A stretch of 64,000 nt of DNA from an uncultured Rikenellaceae bacterium (lineage in GTDB: Bacteria > Bacteroidota > Bacteroidia > Bacteroidales > VadinHA17), in NCBI GenBank assembly GCA_964421975.1, contig CAYQZL010000002.1, positions 7,291-71,290 of the forward strand, written 5' to 3'. This document shows positions 11,216 to 21,219 of the stretch, one piece after another; positions within the stretch are counted from its first letter, which is position 1, and every line of letters starts with the position of its first letter. The notes below the pieces were generated by a model. That model made no database searches and had not been told where the DNA came from. It saw only the letters and a list, made by a program, of their open reading frames with translations. The translations under genes were made by a program, and so were the position numbers.

Positions 11216-12547
11216 TCAGAATCTGTAAGATATGCCGGAGAATATTCCGAATGAATAAGGATGGATTTTCAGAATGGGAGTCTGGCTGAATGGATTAATA
11301 TAATACCTGAATGTAGGTTCCAGGTTCAGGGAAAGATTTCCTGAGAAATTATACTCCATTCCCATACCGAGTGAACTGCTGAATGTCAGCATGCTCATTC
11401 CCTCAGTTCTTCCTACCTGGTATCTCTCACCCTCTATGGAAGCATATACTGAATTATTAACCAAAAGATTAGATGACAATCCTCCTACCAGGTTAAAATC
11501 GATTGTCTTGTCTATGAGTTTGTATCTGACGATCACAGGCAGTTCGAGGTAACTGAAATTCTGACGGAGAGAATTGTCTAAATACCGGAGGTTTGCCTTT
11601 GAAGGATCAAAAAAGTCCCTGGTATATCTTGTTATTATCCTGTCATCGCTCCGGTCGTCAAGAAGGAACACATCTGAATTATTTGTATATACTTTCCCGG
11701 TTGTTGTAAGGACTTCAAAATTGCGGTCGCCTTTTGTATAATCATATTCCTGGAATCCGGCATATGATGTGATCCCTGACAATTCCTGTCCGAATGATGA
11801 ATAATAGAGGCCCGACTGAATACTGACCTTTTTGTTTATTTTATATGCAAATGATACTCCTCCGGAGTATGAGAATATCGGCTGTTCGTCAGTTATGAGC
11901 TGTGATGTGAATTCGTCACTTCCCGAGTAGAAATTGGTATAATAGGTTGGAGAAACAAGGGCTGCTATTGTCCATCTTTCTGTCTTATTCTCTGTTTCAG
12001 CCGTTTGTAAAATCAGAGATTCCGGATTCAGTATGCTTATTTCCTCCTCCGGTGGTTTTATTGGTTTTATTGGTTTTATCAGATCATAATCTGACTGATC
12101 CTGGTCATTTAGATAGATCCTTCCTGATGAAGGCTGGAATACTGCAGCCGGCATGTCAGTCAGGTTATTGTCCGTGATGATTTCAGCTTCTTCTGAACTT
12201 ACCGGAATTATTGCCTGTGCAAGGGTCTTTTTATCTGATGGAGCCGGAACTTCCGCTTCCGTATCTTCGTTAAAGACAGGTATGACATCCGGGGGCGAAG
12301 ATTCTTCAGCAGAGCTTATGATATTATCCTCCTGCAATGTATTGATGCTTGTACTTAACCTGTATGCAAGAAAACCAAGGGATAACAGTACAGCAACAGC
12401 AGCAGCAGTTCTCAGAATGATAAAAGGCTGCTGTCTTTTACTGATGGCCGGTTTGATATTATTCCACACCTCCGGAGGAGGCAATACCTCATAATCTTTC
12501 AGACCGTTCCTGAAAACAAGATCAATATTTGTTTCACTTTCATCCAT
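11216..12547 (-). CDS. putative anti-sigma-like membrane protein with C-terminal outer-membrane beta-barrel (porin-family) domain
   Basis: 443 aa. Its start overlaps the stop of the upstream ECF sigma gene by 8 nt. It has a short cytoplasmic N-terminus, one TM helix (FIILRTAAAVAVLLSLGFLAY) and a low-complexity linker. The C-terminal region shows alternating-hydrophobic strands and ends in aromatic ..GISYRF. Function is inferred from position and architecture only. Confidence 0.45.
   Translation of the reverse strand: MDESETNIDLVFRNGLKDYEVLPPPEVWNNIKPAISKRQQPFIILRTAAAVAVLLSLGFLAYRLSTSINTLQEDNIISSAEESSPPDVIPVFNEDTEAEVPAPSDKKTLAQAIIPVSSEEAEIITDNNLTDMPAAVFQPSSGRIYLNDQDQSDYDLIKPIKPIKPPEEEISILNPESLILQTAETENKTERWTIAALVSPTYYTNFYSGSDEFTSQLITDEQPIFSYSGGVSFAYKINKKVSIQSGLYYSSFGQELSGITSYAGFQEYDYTKGDRNFEVLTTTGKVYTNNSDVFLLDDRSDDRIITRYTRDFFDPSKANLRYLDNSLRQNFSYLELPVIVRYKLIDKTIDFNLVGGLSSNLLVNNSVYASIEGERYQVGRTEGMSMLTFSSSLGMGMEYNFSGNLSLNLEPTFRYYINPFSQTPILKIHPYSFGIFSGISYRF
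12054..12080. repeat. in-frame 9-bp tandem repeat (GGTTTTATT x3) encoding KPIKPIKP in the linker of the 11216..12547 protein
   Basis: Direct reading gives GGTTTTATT GGTTTTATT GGTTTTATC. Confidence 0.8.
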
Positions 12548-13100
12548 TCAATACCTTTTTCTTAATTCCGGTATATGATCCCACCCTGCGCTGAAGTATT
12601 ATCCTTGCACGTGCGAGGTTGGATTTTGATGTTCCTTCCGAGATATTAATCATCTGACTTATCTCTCTATGAGAGTATCCTTCAAGAGCGAAGAGGTTGA
12701 AAACCATCCTGTATTTTGGCGGCAGTTCCCTGATTATTTCCATCAAGTCGCCTGCTTCAAGTCCTGAATAATCTTCAGTATCAGGCTCTGCATCCGGTTC
12801 CGGTATCTGGTCTATATCGTCAACCCTGTAAAGCTTGTTCCTGCTTCTGTATTTTTCCAGTGCGGTATTGACGATTATCTTTCTCATCCAGCCTTCAAAA
12901 GAACCCTCATACTTGTAATGGATCAGATTTTCAAAGATCTTTATGAACCCTTCCTGTAAAATATCTCTGGCTTCTTCATCATTTCCTGAATATTGCAGAC
13001 ATACTGCATACAATTTAGCTGCATGACGTCTGTACAGAAGTTCCTGATCCCTTCTGTTTCCTTTCAGACAACCATTAATGATATTTTTAATCTCAGGCAA
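12540..13100 (-). CDS. RNA polymerase ECF-type sigma-70 factor
   Basis: 186 aa. Region 2 (ARDILQEGFIKIF.., WMRKIIVNTALEKYR) and region 4 HTH (YRMVFNLFALEGYSHREISQMINISEGTSKSNLARAR). Confidence 0.88.
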   Translation of the reverse strand: MPEIKNIINGCLKGNRRDQELLYRRHAAKLYAVCLQYSGNDEEARDILQEGFIKIFENLIHYKYEGSFEGWMRKIIVNTALEKYRSRNKLYRVDDIDQIPEPDAEPDTEDYSGLEAGDLMEIIRELPPKYRMVFNLFALEGYSHREISQMINISEGTSKSNLARARIILQRRVGSYTGIKKKVLNG

Positions 13101-13216
13101 GGTTTGTTTCCTTAGAACTGAGTATAAAAATATAAAAATAATATCTGAAAGCCAATATTCTTTCCTAAAAATGATGTTAAAAACTAAAGAAAGGTTGCGT
13201 AGGCAACAATTTTATT

Positions 13217-16200
13217 TTAATGTTTCTTTTGAAAAACATCCAGATGCCTGAAATAGTCTGATCCATGCCAGTTTCCATCGGAGATGAAAAGCAGATATCT
13301 GCATTTCAGGTTGTCATCGAAAGACCAGGTTATTCCGGATCCGCCGAATCCTCTTCCGCCGGTTGAGCCATAAGCTCCAAGATATTGCCATCCTTTTGTT
13401 TTAGGATCACCTGTTATATCGGAGCCGGATGACGAAGCCCATACTGAGAATATTTGCTGACCCCGGTTCCTTGGAGGTTCAGCGGGCCCGGCCGGTTGCG
13501 GTCCTTGTACACTGGCACCCGGTTCTCCCTGAGTACCCGGTCCCGGTCCAACTGGTCCAACTGGTCCACCTGGTCTACCGGATCCTCCTGGTATACCGGG
13601 TCCACCCTGGGGTCTATTTCCCCTTGAATTATACAGGTAGATATTGATCTTTTCGATGGAAACAGGCTTTTGCAGATCGATAAGTATCCGTCCCTCGCCG
13701 TTATCGAAAAACAATACATCCGATATCAGATCCTGAGCCGCATTAAGGATACCCGGTATATCTGTTTTCTGTCCTTTGTATTCAATTCCATTAAGTGATC
13801 TGCCCGAAGGATAATAGGTTGCCGTAACCCCATTCCCTGAAGCTGCTTCAGCAAAGTCAGACTGCGAGGGTGGCGTTACTGAAATAACTGTATCCATTCC
13901 TGCATTTTTAAGATACTGTTTCAGCCGGGGCAGCATCCTCTCATCAATATTTTCAGTGAACAGGGATTTCTGTACCGATGGCAGAGCTTTCAGATCGGGA
14001 GTAATGATCTCGCTTACCCTCAGCTTTACCGGAGGATTATCCCTGAAATCGTCATAAAGAGGTTGAAGCGGTTTGATATCATCATTCCGGGTATCTGCAA
14101 CAGTCATTGCAAAGATCCTGATCGCCGGATTATCCGGCAGTCTGACGGAACCAGCTCCTTCGGGAATGTCGATTGCATATTTATAAAGATAGCAATACCT
14201 GTATGTATCATTGGCATCGGGTGTATGACGGTGTGAAGCGAACCATGCTATATTATCTCTTTTGGTGAAGGCATCAGTCATTGAAGCAACCTTCATATTA
14301 TTAAAGTAAAGCTCTCTTCCATAATGTTGTCCCACATATCCTGTCCATTCCTGAACCGGAATTATTACCGTCCTGTTTCCAACTCTGAAGGCACCCTTTG
14401 TGTCGTCTGTTGCCGCAGCCAATATGAACAGCCTGTTGAATTTACCTTTGGGGAAGGAGACCCTCTGACCCCTGGCGATTAACATGTTCATCTGCTTGTC
14501 TTCCGTACTTCCGGTTTTAAAAAATATATCTTCACTGATAACTTCGGAAGGTATCAGCTCGGCAGGCAGTGTAAGGTTATCAGTAAGGTTGCCGTCTGAA
14601 CGGTTTGTATCAAAGCTGAAAGCATCACCGGTAAATTTCAGTTCAACAGCCTGTTGTACAGGTTTAGTAAGTTTCTGCGGAGCATCTTCCAGTCTGACGG
14701 CAAAGGTTCTGATAGCAAACCTGCCCATGTCGAAATTAAGTGATCCGTCTTTTATGACTGCATTTCCTATCTTCTTTTCCTGGCCGTTCACCTCCCAGCC
14801 TTCTGTGATCTTTCCGGGGAATGAAGCAATAACATTATCGACCTTCTTGCCATACAGTTCATTAAACCTGATGATTATATTATCACTTTCCTCGGCTTTC
14901 TTGACAGCCATAATGTCGACCTGATCTGTATTTAAGGTAACCACAGAAATTTTCCTGCCTGAAGGTCCGTCATGTTTTGTTGTTTCGAAAGCAATAGTAG
15001 GATTATTCAGGAAATGGGCCATCCAGGGGGTTCCTGCATATACCCAGTCGCCAACATGAGGGTAAACAGCATACCTGACATCATGAATACCCCAGTCCTG
15101 CGTTCCCTGGTAAACATATGAAGTTGGTTTAGGAGTATACATAAGTGTAAGCCGGAGTGTATTGTTATCGGGTTTATCAGATCCGTATTTACAATCCTCA
15201 AGTATAGAAACGCCGTAGTTGTTCGGACGATCTGTAATATCTATCCACTGCCGGCCGGGAACCTCGAACTTCACCTCATTGTTGGTGGTACGCTGAACAG
15301 CGGCTGTATTCAGACTGTAGGTAGCCATTTCATTTGTGACCGTAGTGGGGAACGCAGCTTTCAGGCTCACGCCTTTTGACTGCCAGTCGATCTTGTTCCT
15401 TACATCGACTATCTTTCCGGCTTCACCTGCAGACAGACTGATGATCTGGATTATTTCAGAATTCTGTCCTTTCTTTCTCACTTCAATCGCCACACGAACC
15501 GGTCCCTTTTCAACAATTTTCATTGTAACATCCTTGTTCATGTAATCGAATGGGGGATTTTTACGGTCTTTCCAGTCCATGTTCCATGCAGGCCACTGAG
15601 TCGGCGCCTCAGTCTGAAAATCGAGTGTTGCCGGCTTTGCGAGCACCTCCCTTGATGCTTTTTTATCAAAAATGGAGGCAATATCGCCATTGGCATCGAT
15701 ATTCACTTTAAAGTACCTGTTCTCAAGTGTCCCGTCAAAAACAGTCAGTTCGGAAGGCTCCTGCCCGCCTGCTGCCTCGCGGATGTCGAACACCTCAAAC
15801 CCGGCTGAGGGCAGCTGTGCAAGAAAAATTATAATAACCTTATTCCCCTTTGATGATATTATCTGTGAGGGAAGTACTTTCCCATCTTTGTCTGTAACAC
15901 TTACTCCGGCAGGCGGTTTAAGAAAATCCATTTCCACAGTTACGACATCCTCTCTTTCCATTGCCACGGGATTGTAAACAACAACCGGTCTGCCTTTTGT
16001 CTGAGTATTCAGTGAATGGGAAATATTGCTGACCGCATTCTTAAGTATTTCCGAAAAGTTGTTCATTGCTATGAATTCGTCGTTCCAGGCATAATCATAA
16101 GCCTTGACTGTGCTTGTTCCGGGAAGTATGTCGTGGAACTGCCCACCGAGAACCAGTTCCCATGCATTATTGAGTTTTGTAAAAGGATAAGCAGAACCGC

Positions 16201-17236
16201 CAATCCAGTCGGCCAGAACGGATGCCTGTTCAGCCGATCTTGCGAGAAGTTCATTTTTCCTGTTCGCCCTCTTCATAAATGACTGGGAGGTCATCGATCC
16301 GGCACTATGTTCAATAAGCAGAAGATCTCCGGAATATGTGGGAAGCTTCTTTCTCAGTTCCGGTGTTATATCCTTATAAATCTGATCCGAAGAAGTAAGA
16401 ATGACTTTGAGTTTACCATCATTGTTCTTTAAACTTCCGATAGCATTCTTTACATCTTCCTCCCTGGGTGAACCTCCTATATCACCTACCCCGTAATATC
16501 TATAATCGAATGAAACGCCAAACTTGCTGATATTGTCCTGTAATCTCGCATTCCAGGTGGAATCTTTATCAAGGCGGGGAACAACTCTTCCTGTATAGTT
16601 TGTTGCATTAAGAGCTGCAAGCAACCCCTTGCCGTCAGGGCCTTCCCATACTCCTACATTAAATGGAACCCCGTTAGCCGATCTCCATGTAAGTTTCTGG
16701 GTCGAGAATCCCAGAAGTCCGGCATGATTCCAGACCTGTGGCATGGTAGCTACAAACCCGAAGCAGTCAGGTAGCATATAATCAACACTTTCCTTATTGA
16801 ATTCCCTCCGGAAATACAGGTTACCGTACAATACCTGCCGTAACACTGATTCGGATGATGAGATATTCACTTCCCCTTCATCCACAGAAGAACCTGATAC
16901 ATACCATCTGCCCTGTTTTATATAATCTGCCACTTTTTTGTAAGACTCAGGGAAATATTCCTTCATCATCTTATATCGCCTTGAACCGGTAAAATTGAAA
17001 ACATAATCCGGATACTTTTCGAAGAGCCTGAAATTATCTTCCATTGTATTTTTCAGATACTGGTTTATGGTTGTTGGATATTCCCAATTCCATTCAGTGT
17101 CGAGATGAGCATATCCGATCGTATAAAGCACCTTGTCCCTGGTAATGTCGTAGGATTGCCTTCTTCCCTCCGGCTGTGCAGATAAGGCAGTAACAATGAA
17201 TAATCCCGAAAGCAGGATAAAACCGATTTTTTTCAT
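13217..17236 (-). CDS. glycoside hydrolase family 38 alpha-mannosidase with extended C-terminal region carrying a Gly/Pro-rich insertion
   Basis: 1339 aa with a signal peptide. GH38 N-terminal core: GYAHLDTEWNWEY, VSGSSVDEGEVNISSSESVLRQ, DYMLPDCFGF and GGQFHDILPGTS. The C-terminal ~300 aa look like a carbohydrate-binding or discoidin-like module. That module is interrupted by RGNRPQGGPGIPGGSGRPGGPVGPVGPGPGTQGEPGASVQGPQPAGPAEPP. Confidence 0.8.
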   Translation of the reverse strand: MKKIGFILLSGLFIVTALSAQPEGRRQSYDITRDKVLYTIGYAHLDTEWNWEYPTTINQYLKNTMEDNFRLFEKYPDYVFNFTGSRRYKMMKEYFPESYKKVADYIKQGRWYVSGSSVDEGEVNISSSESVLRQVLYGNLYFRREFNKESVDYMLPDCFGFVATMPQVWNHAGLLGFSTQKLTWRSANGVPFNVGVWEGPDGKGLLAALNATNYTGRVVPRLDKDSTWNARLQDNISKFGVSFDYRYYGVGDIGGSPREEDVKNAIGSLKNNDGKLKVILTSSDQIYKDITPELRKKLPTYSGDLLLIEHSAGSMTSQSFMKRANRKNELLARSAEQASVLADWIGGSAYPFTKLNNAWELVLGGQFHDILPGTSTVKAYDYAWNDEFIAMNNFSEILKNAVSNISHSLNTQTKGRPVVVYNPVAMEREDVVTVEMDFLKPPAGVSVTDKDGKVLPSQIISSKGNKVIIIFLAQLPSAGFEVFDIREAAGGQEPSELTVFDGTLENRYFKVNIDANGDIASIFDKKASREVLAKPATLDFQTEAPTQWPAWNMDWKDRKNPPFDYMNKDVTMKIVEKGPVRVAIEVRKKGQNSEIIQIISLSAGEAGKIVDVRNKIDWQSKGVSLKAAFPTTVTNEMATYSLNTAAVQRTTNNEVKFEVPGRQWIDITDRPNNYGVSILEDCKYGSDKPDNNTLRLTLMYTPKPTSYVYQGTQDWGIHDVRYAVYPHVGDWVYAGTPWMAHFLNNPTIAFETTKHDGPSGRKISVVTLNTDQVDIMAVKKAEESDNIIIRFNELYGKKVDNVIASFPGKITEGWEVNGQEKKIGNAVIKDGSLNFDMGRFAIRTFAVRLEDAPQKLTKPVQQAVELKFTGDAFSFDTNRSDGNLTDNLTLPAELIPSEVISEDIFFKTGSTEDKQMNMLIARGQRVSFPKGKFNRLFILAAATDDTKGAFRVGNRTVIIPVQEWTGYVGQHYGRELYFNNMKVASMTDAFTKRDNIAWFASHRHTPDANDTYRYCYLYKYAIDIPEGAGSVRLPDNPAIRIFAMTVADTRNDDIKPLQPLYDDFRDNPPVKLRVSEIITPDLKALPSVQKSLFTENIDERMLPRLKQYLKNAGMDTVISVTPPSQSDFAEAASGNGVTATYYPSGRSLNGIEYKGQKTDIPGILNAAQDLISDVLFFDNGEGRILIDLQKPVSIEKINIYLYNSRGNRPQGGPGIPGGSGRPGGPVGPVGPGPGTQGEPGASVQGPQPAGPAEPPRNRGQQIFSVWASSSGSDITGDPKTKGWQYLGAYGSTGGRGFGGSGITWSFDDNLKCRYLLFISDGNWHGSDYFRHLDVFQKKH
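13545..13607. repeat. seven consecutive degenerate 9-bp units (GGTCCAMCY-like) inside the GH38 gene, encoding the Gly-Pro-X tract
   Basis: Direct reading gives GGTCCAACT GGTCCAACT GGTCCACCT GGTCTACCG GATCCTCCT GGTATACCG GGTCCACCC. The stretch is visibly more GC-rich than its flanks. Confidence 0.75.
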
Positions 17237-17311
17237 GATTGATAATGGTTAGAACAGAAGATAAAATTACTCTATTATTATTTTTCCCGGAGATCCGGTC
17301 TGAAAAAATGA

Positions 17312-18703
17312 CTAAATATGAATCACTTCTCCGTATGCTGCAGCTGCGGCTTCCATTATAGCTTCAGACATTGTCGGATGCGGATGAACAGCTTTTATTA
17401 TTTCATGAGCCGTGGTCTCAAGTTTTCTTGCAACTACAATTTCCGATATCATTTCAGTCACATTGGCACCGATCATATGAGCTCCCAGCAATTCGCCATA
17501 TGCTGCATCGAAAATCAGCTTAATAAAGCCGTCCCTGGCACCCGAGGCGTTTGCTTTTCCGGAGGCGGTGAAGGGGAACTTACCTACTTTTATTTCAAAT
17601 CCTGCAGCTTTTGCAGCCTCTTCGGTATAACCTACAGAAGCAATTTCAGGATTAGTGTATGTACATGCAGGAATGTTTTTGTAATTCAGGGCTTCAACAT
17701 CAAGTCCGGCAATTTTCTCAACACAGATTATCCCTTCAGCTGAAGCAACATGCGCCAGTGCAGGCCCGTGTACAATATCCCCTATGGCAAAGATCCCCGG
17801 GGCAGAGGTCCTGTAATAATCATCCACAACAACTTTATCCTTTTCGGTTTTTACTCCCGCTTTCTCCAGACCAAGCCCTTCAAGATTTGTTGTGACACCT
17901 ACGGCCGAGAATACAATATCGGTCTCAACTGTTTCAGTGCCCTTTGGAGTTTTTATGGTGACAATGCATTTCTCCCCCGATGTATCAGCCGATTCGACTG
18001 AAGAAGCGGTCATTACTTTCATTTTCATCTTTTTAAAGGAACGCTCAAGCTGTTTTGACACTTCCTCATCTTCATTGGGAACTATCCGCGGAAGAAATTC
18101 AACCAGGGTCACATCAGTACCTATAGACTGATAGAAATTTGCAAATTCGCTGCCAATTGCACCGGATCCGACCACGACCATCGATTTTGGTTGTTCGGGA
18201 AGAGTCATTGCTTCCCTGTAACCAATGACCTTCTTACCATCCTGCTTAAGATTCGGCAGTTCTTTTGATCTTGCCCCCGTAGCCAGAATAATATTCTTTG
18301 CACTCCATAGCTTTTTATTTCCCTCCGGATCTTCAACTTCAACTTTGTTCTGTGCTGCCAGACGGCCTGTTCCTTTTATCAGGGTAACATTGTTCTTTCT
18401 GAAAAGGAACTGTACTCCTTTGCTCATTCCTTCGGCTACACTGCGACTGCGGGCAATTATTGCATTAAAATCCGGTCTGACTTCACCAGCCACCGAAATG
18501 CCATATTCAGAAGCATGTGTCAGGTAATCAAATACCTGAGCGCTCTTCAGAAGAGATTTCGTTGGAATACAACCCCAGTTCAGACAGATCCCTCCTATTT
18601 CAGCTTTTTCCACAACCGCTACTTTCATTTTCAGCTGTGACGCTCTTATGGCAGCCACATATCCCCCTGGGCCGCTTCCGATTATTATAAGATCAAAATC
18701 CAT
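17312..18703 (-). CDS. lpdA: dihydrolipoyl dehydrogenase (E3)
   Basis: 463 aa. FAD motif IIIGSGPGGYVAAIRA, redox-active disulfide GGICLNWGCIPTK, NAD motif VVVGSGAIGSEFA, and C-terminal HPHPTMSEA. Confidence 0.93.
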   Translation of the reverse strand: MDFDLIIIGSGPGGYVAAIRASQLKMKVAVVEKAEIGGICLNWGCIPTKSLLKSAQVFDYLTHASEYGISVAGEVRPDFNAIIARSRSVAEGMSKGVQFLFRKNNVTLIKGTGRLAAQNKVEVEDPEGNKKLWSAKNIILATGARSKELPNLKQDGKKVIGYREAMTLPEQPKSMVVVGSGAIGSEFANFYQSIGTDVTLVEFLPRIVPNEDEEVSKQLERSFKKMKMKVMTASSVESADTSGEKCIVTIKTPKGTETVETDIVFSAVGVTTNLEGLGLEKAGVKTEKDKVVVDDYYRTSAPGIFAIGDIVHGPALAHVASAEGIICVEKIAGLDVEALNYKNIPACTYTNPEIASVGYTEEAAKAAGFEIKVGKFPFTASGKANASGARDGFIKLIFDAAYGELLGAHMIGANVTEMISEIVVARKLETTAHEIIKAVHPHPTMSEAIMEAAAAAYGEVIHI

Positions 18704-18755
18704 AATTATATTTTTTGTTATTATTCATTTTATGTTCCTGTTACCTGATAAGATA

Positions 18756-19586
18756 TCATTTGTTTCGTCTCCCTTTCAAATATTCCTTCAGAAATAAAAA
18801 TGCTTTTAATACGATCCAGATAATTACCAGGGTGAAAATGATGGTTGCACCCACCGGTATGCCTGCAAAGTATGAAAATACATATCCTGTTGCTGTTCCT
18901 GCAAAACCGGTAATTACCGAGAAAAGGATTATTCCGGAATAAGTACGGGTGAAAAGCATTGCAATATTCGGTGGTATTGTAAGAAGCGAAAGTACCAGGA
19001 TAACCCCTGCCATTCTTATATTAAGTACTATTGTCAGTGCGATAAGTGATGTTGTGATATATTTGAAAATGTCGACATAGGACGAATAGGTTCGTGCAAA
19101 AGACTCATCGAATGAGGTATAAATGATTGTTCTGTAGAATGCCCCGAAATAGATACACAGTATTACCGACATAATTCCAAGTGCAATTATATCAGCATTT
19201 GTGACAGTCAGTATGCTCCCGAACAGGTAGCTCATGAGGTTGGGTGAGTAGCCGGGGGTAAGGTATATGAATATAATACCAATCGCCATTCCGAATGCCC
19301 ACAGAATACCTATTGCGGAATCTTCCCTGACCTTATGATTTATGGTAAGGTATTCTATTCCCAGTGCAGATAATACTCCGAACACTGCAGCTCCTGCCAC
19401 AGGATTAATCCCCGCGAAATAACCTATCCCTATGCCTCCGAAAGATGCATGTGTAATGCCTCCGCTTAGAAAAACCATTTTTCTTGTGACAATATAAGTA
19501 CCGGCAAATCCTGCTGTAATGCTTGCAAACAAGGCGCCCAGTATTCCCTTGATAATGAAATCATATTGAAAAAAAGTTCCTTCCAC
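18756..19586 (-). CDS. metal (Zn/Mn-type) ABC transporter permease
   Basis: 276 aa, polytopic, ZnuB/MntB-like. It forms a contiguous operon with the ATPase and the binding protein; its start at 19586 abuts the ATPase stop at 19587. Confidence 0.8.
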   Translation of the reverse strand: MEGTFFQYDFIIKGILGALFASITAGFAGTYIVTRKMVFLSGGITHASFGGIGIGYFAGINPVAGAAVFGVLSALGIEYLTINHKVREDSAIGILWAFGMAIGIIFIYLTPGYSPNLMSYLFGSILTVTNADIIALGIMSVILCIYFGAFYRTIIYTSFDESFARTYSSYVDIFKYITTSLIALTIVLNIRMAGVILVLSLLTIPPNIAMLFTRTYSGIILFSVITGFAGTATGYVFSYFAGIPVGATIIFTLVIIWIVLKAFLFLKEYLKGRRNK

Positions 19587-20333
19587 TCAGTTATGTCTTT
19601 TAAGTACTGTATGAGGCACATCACCGTGTGTTATAAGCTGAATCGGACAACCATAAGCAAGAAGCTGTTCATTGGAAATTTCCGAAGAAGGATGATAATG
19701 CAGTTTTTTGTTTATACAGGCAAATGATCTGACATGTGACGAGATCATCCCGATATCATGCGATACCATTAAAATTGCCATCCTTTTGTTAAGCTCTTTC
19801 AGCTTACCATAAAAATCTCTTTCGAAAGATGAATCGACAAAATTTCCGGGTTCGTCCAGCAGCAACAGTTTAGGTTCACCTATTATCGCACGTCCCAGAA
19901 GTACACGCTGGATCTGTCCGCCCGACAGTTCATCGAGGGTGCTTTTTTCAAAACCGGATAGTCCGAGTTCACCAATTATCCTTTCTGCTTTTCTCCTGTC
20001 AACAGCAGACATTCTGCTTATAATCCTCTTTCTTATCATCATTCCGGAAAGTATTACATCAGTTACATTTACCGGGAAATTAACATCTCCGGTCGAAATC
20101 TGAGGAAGATAACCGATACTCTCAGAATCAGGAAGTTCCGTATTAAAGCGTATGCTACCGGATGAAGGCTTCAGAAGACCCAGAATGATCCTCAGAAGAG
20201 TTGTCTTACCTCCTCCGTTCGGACCTATAACCCCGATAAAATCATTTTCATTCACCCTGAAATCAACATTCTCCAGCACAGTTTTTGTGCCATAGGATGC
20301 TGATAAAGAATTCATTTCAAAAATTAATGCCAT
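19587..20333 (-). CDS. metal ABC transporter ATP-binding protein
   Basis: 248 aa. Walker A GPNGGGKTT, signature LSGGQIQRVLLGRA, Walker B LLLLDEP. Confidence 0.88.
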   Translation of the reverse strand: MALIFEMNSLSASYGTKTVLENVDFRVNENDFIGVIGPNGGGKTTLLRIILGLLKPSSGSIRFNTELPDSESIGYLPQISTGDVNFPVNVTDVILSGMMIRKRIISRMSAVDRRKAERIIGELGLSGFEKSTLDELSGGQIQRVLLGRAIIGEPKLLLLDEPGNFVDSSFERDFYGKLKELNKRMAILMVSHDIGMISSHVRSFACINKKLHYHPSSEISNEQLLAYGCPIQLITHGDVPHTVLKRHN

Positions 20334-20340
20334 AATCCCC

Positions 20341-21219
20341 TTATTTGCCCGTATCGGTCAGACTTCCGTGTAATTCTTCGATAATATCCATTGTTGAAGT
20401 ATACCAGTCTTCAGAGAGAGGATCAATTACTTTTATCTCACCTCCTGTTTCATCAGCTATTGCTTTTGCATTCCTGCTGTCATACTCTTTCTGAACAAAT
20501 ATCGTTTTTATATTCTCCTTTACCGCAAGATCAATAAGTTCTTTCAGACGAGAAGGTGGTGGTTCTTTCCCCTCGGATTCTACAGATATCTCTTCGAGAC
20601 CATAATCCCTGGCCAGATATGCAAGGTTTGGATGATATATCATAAAATGCCGGTGTTGCAAACCGGAAAAAAGTGAATCTGCCGTTCTGTCAGCCTGTGT
20701 GATCTTTTTTAACAGGACTTCATAATTCTTTTCATATTTTTCTGCAGAATCCGGATTCAGTCCGCAGACAAGATCCTTTACTGATCGTGCTATTTCAGTC
20801 GCACATTTCGGAGAAACCCAGTAATGAGGATCTGCCGTTTCGGAATGATCATCACCACTGCCATGATCGTGATGAGAACCAATTGGTAATATCCTTTCAC
20901 CCGCAGATACTTTTTTCATTGTACGGTTGATCTCTTCAAACCTGGGCATCCATGCCATCTCGAAGCCCAGAAAACCATTGCTGACATAGGCTACTGATTT
21001 TCTCAACCTGTTTATCTGACCGGGATATGGTTCATAAATATGCGGATTTGCCCCGGAAGGCACCATTATGTTGACAGCAAAATCATCTCCTGCAATCTCC
21101 TTTATAAAATATTTAAAGGGAGCAATTGTGACTGTGATGATCTTTTCTCCCTGATCAGAAGCGCTCCGGTTACAGGCACCCAGAAAAATAAGGGACAGGA
21201 TTATAAAGATTTTTCTCAT
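20341..21219 (-). CDS. metal ABC transporter substrate-binding lipoprotein (ZnuA-like, His/Asp-rich loop)
   Basis: 292 aa. Lipobox LGACN. Cluster-9 SBP features (GANPHIYEP). The His/acidic loop GSHHDHGSGDDHSETADPHYW is typical of zinc-specific ZnuA proteins. Confidence 0.8.
   Translation of the reverse strand: MRKIFIILSLIFLGACNRSASDQGEKIITVTIAPFKYFIKEIAGDDFAVNIMVPSGANPHIYEPYPGQINRLRKSVAYVSNGFLGFEMAWMPRFEEINRTMKKVSAGERILPIGSHHDHGSGDDHSETADPHYWVSPKCATEIARSVKDLVCGLNPDSAEKYEKNYEVLLKKITQADRTADSLFSGLQHRHFMIYHPNLAYLARDYGLEEISVESEGKEPPPSRLKELIDLAVKENIKTIFVQKEYDSRNAKAIADETGGEIKVIDPLSEDWYTSTMDIIEELHGSLTDTGK

Noticed and set aside
7730-18527. Numerous 60-146-aa antisense ORFs inside uvrA, the GH38 gene and lpdA (e.g. 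7730..8143, 9331..9693, 14484..14924, 17318..17743, 18225..18527)
   Set aside because: All are nested in long genes with unambiguous family signatures on the opposite strand. Their compositions are typical of out-of-frame or antisense read-through.
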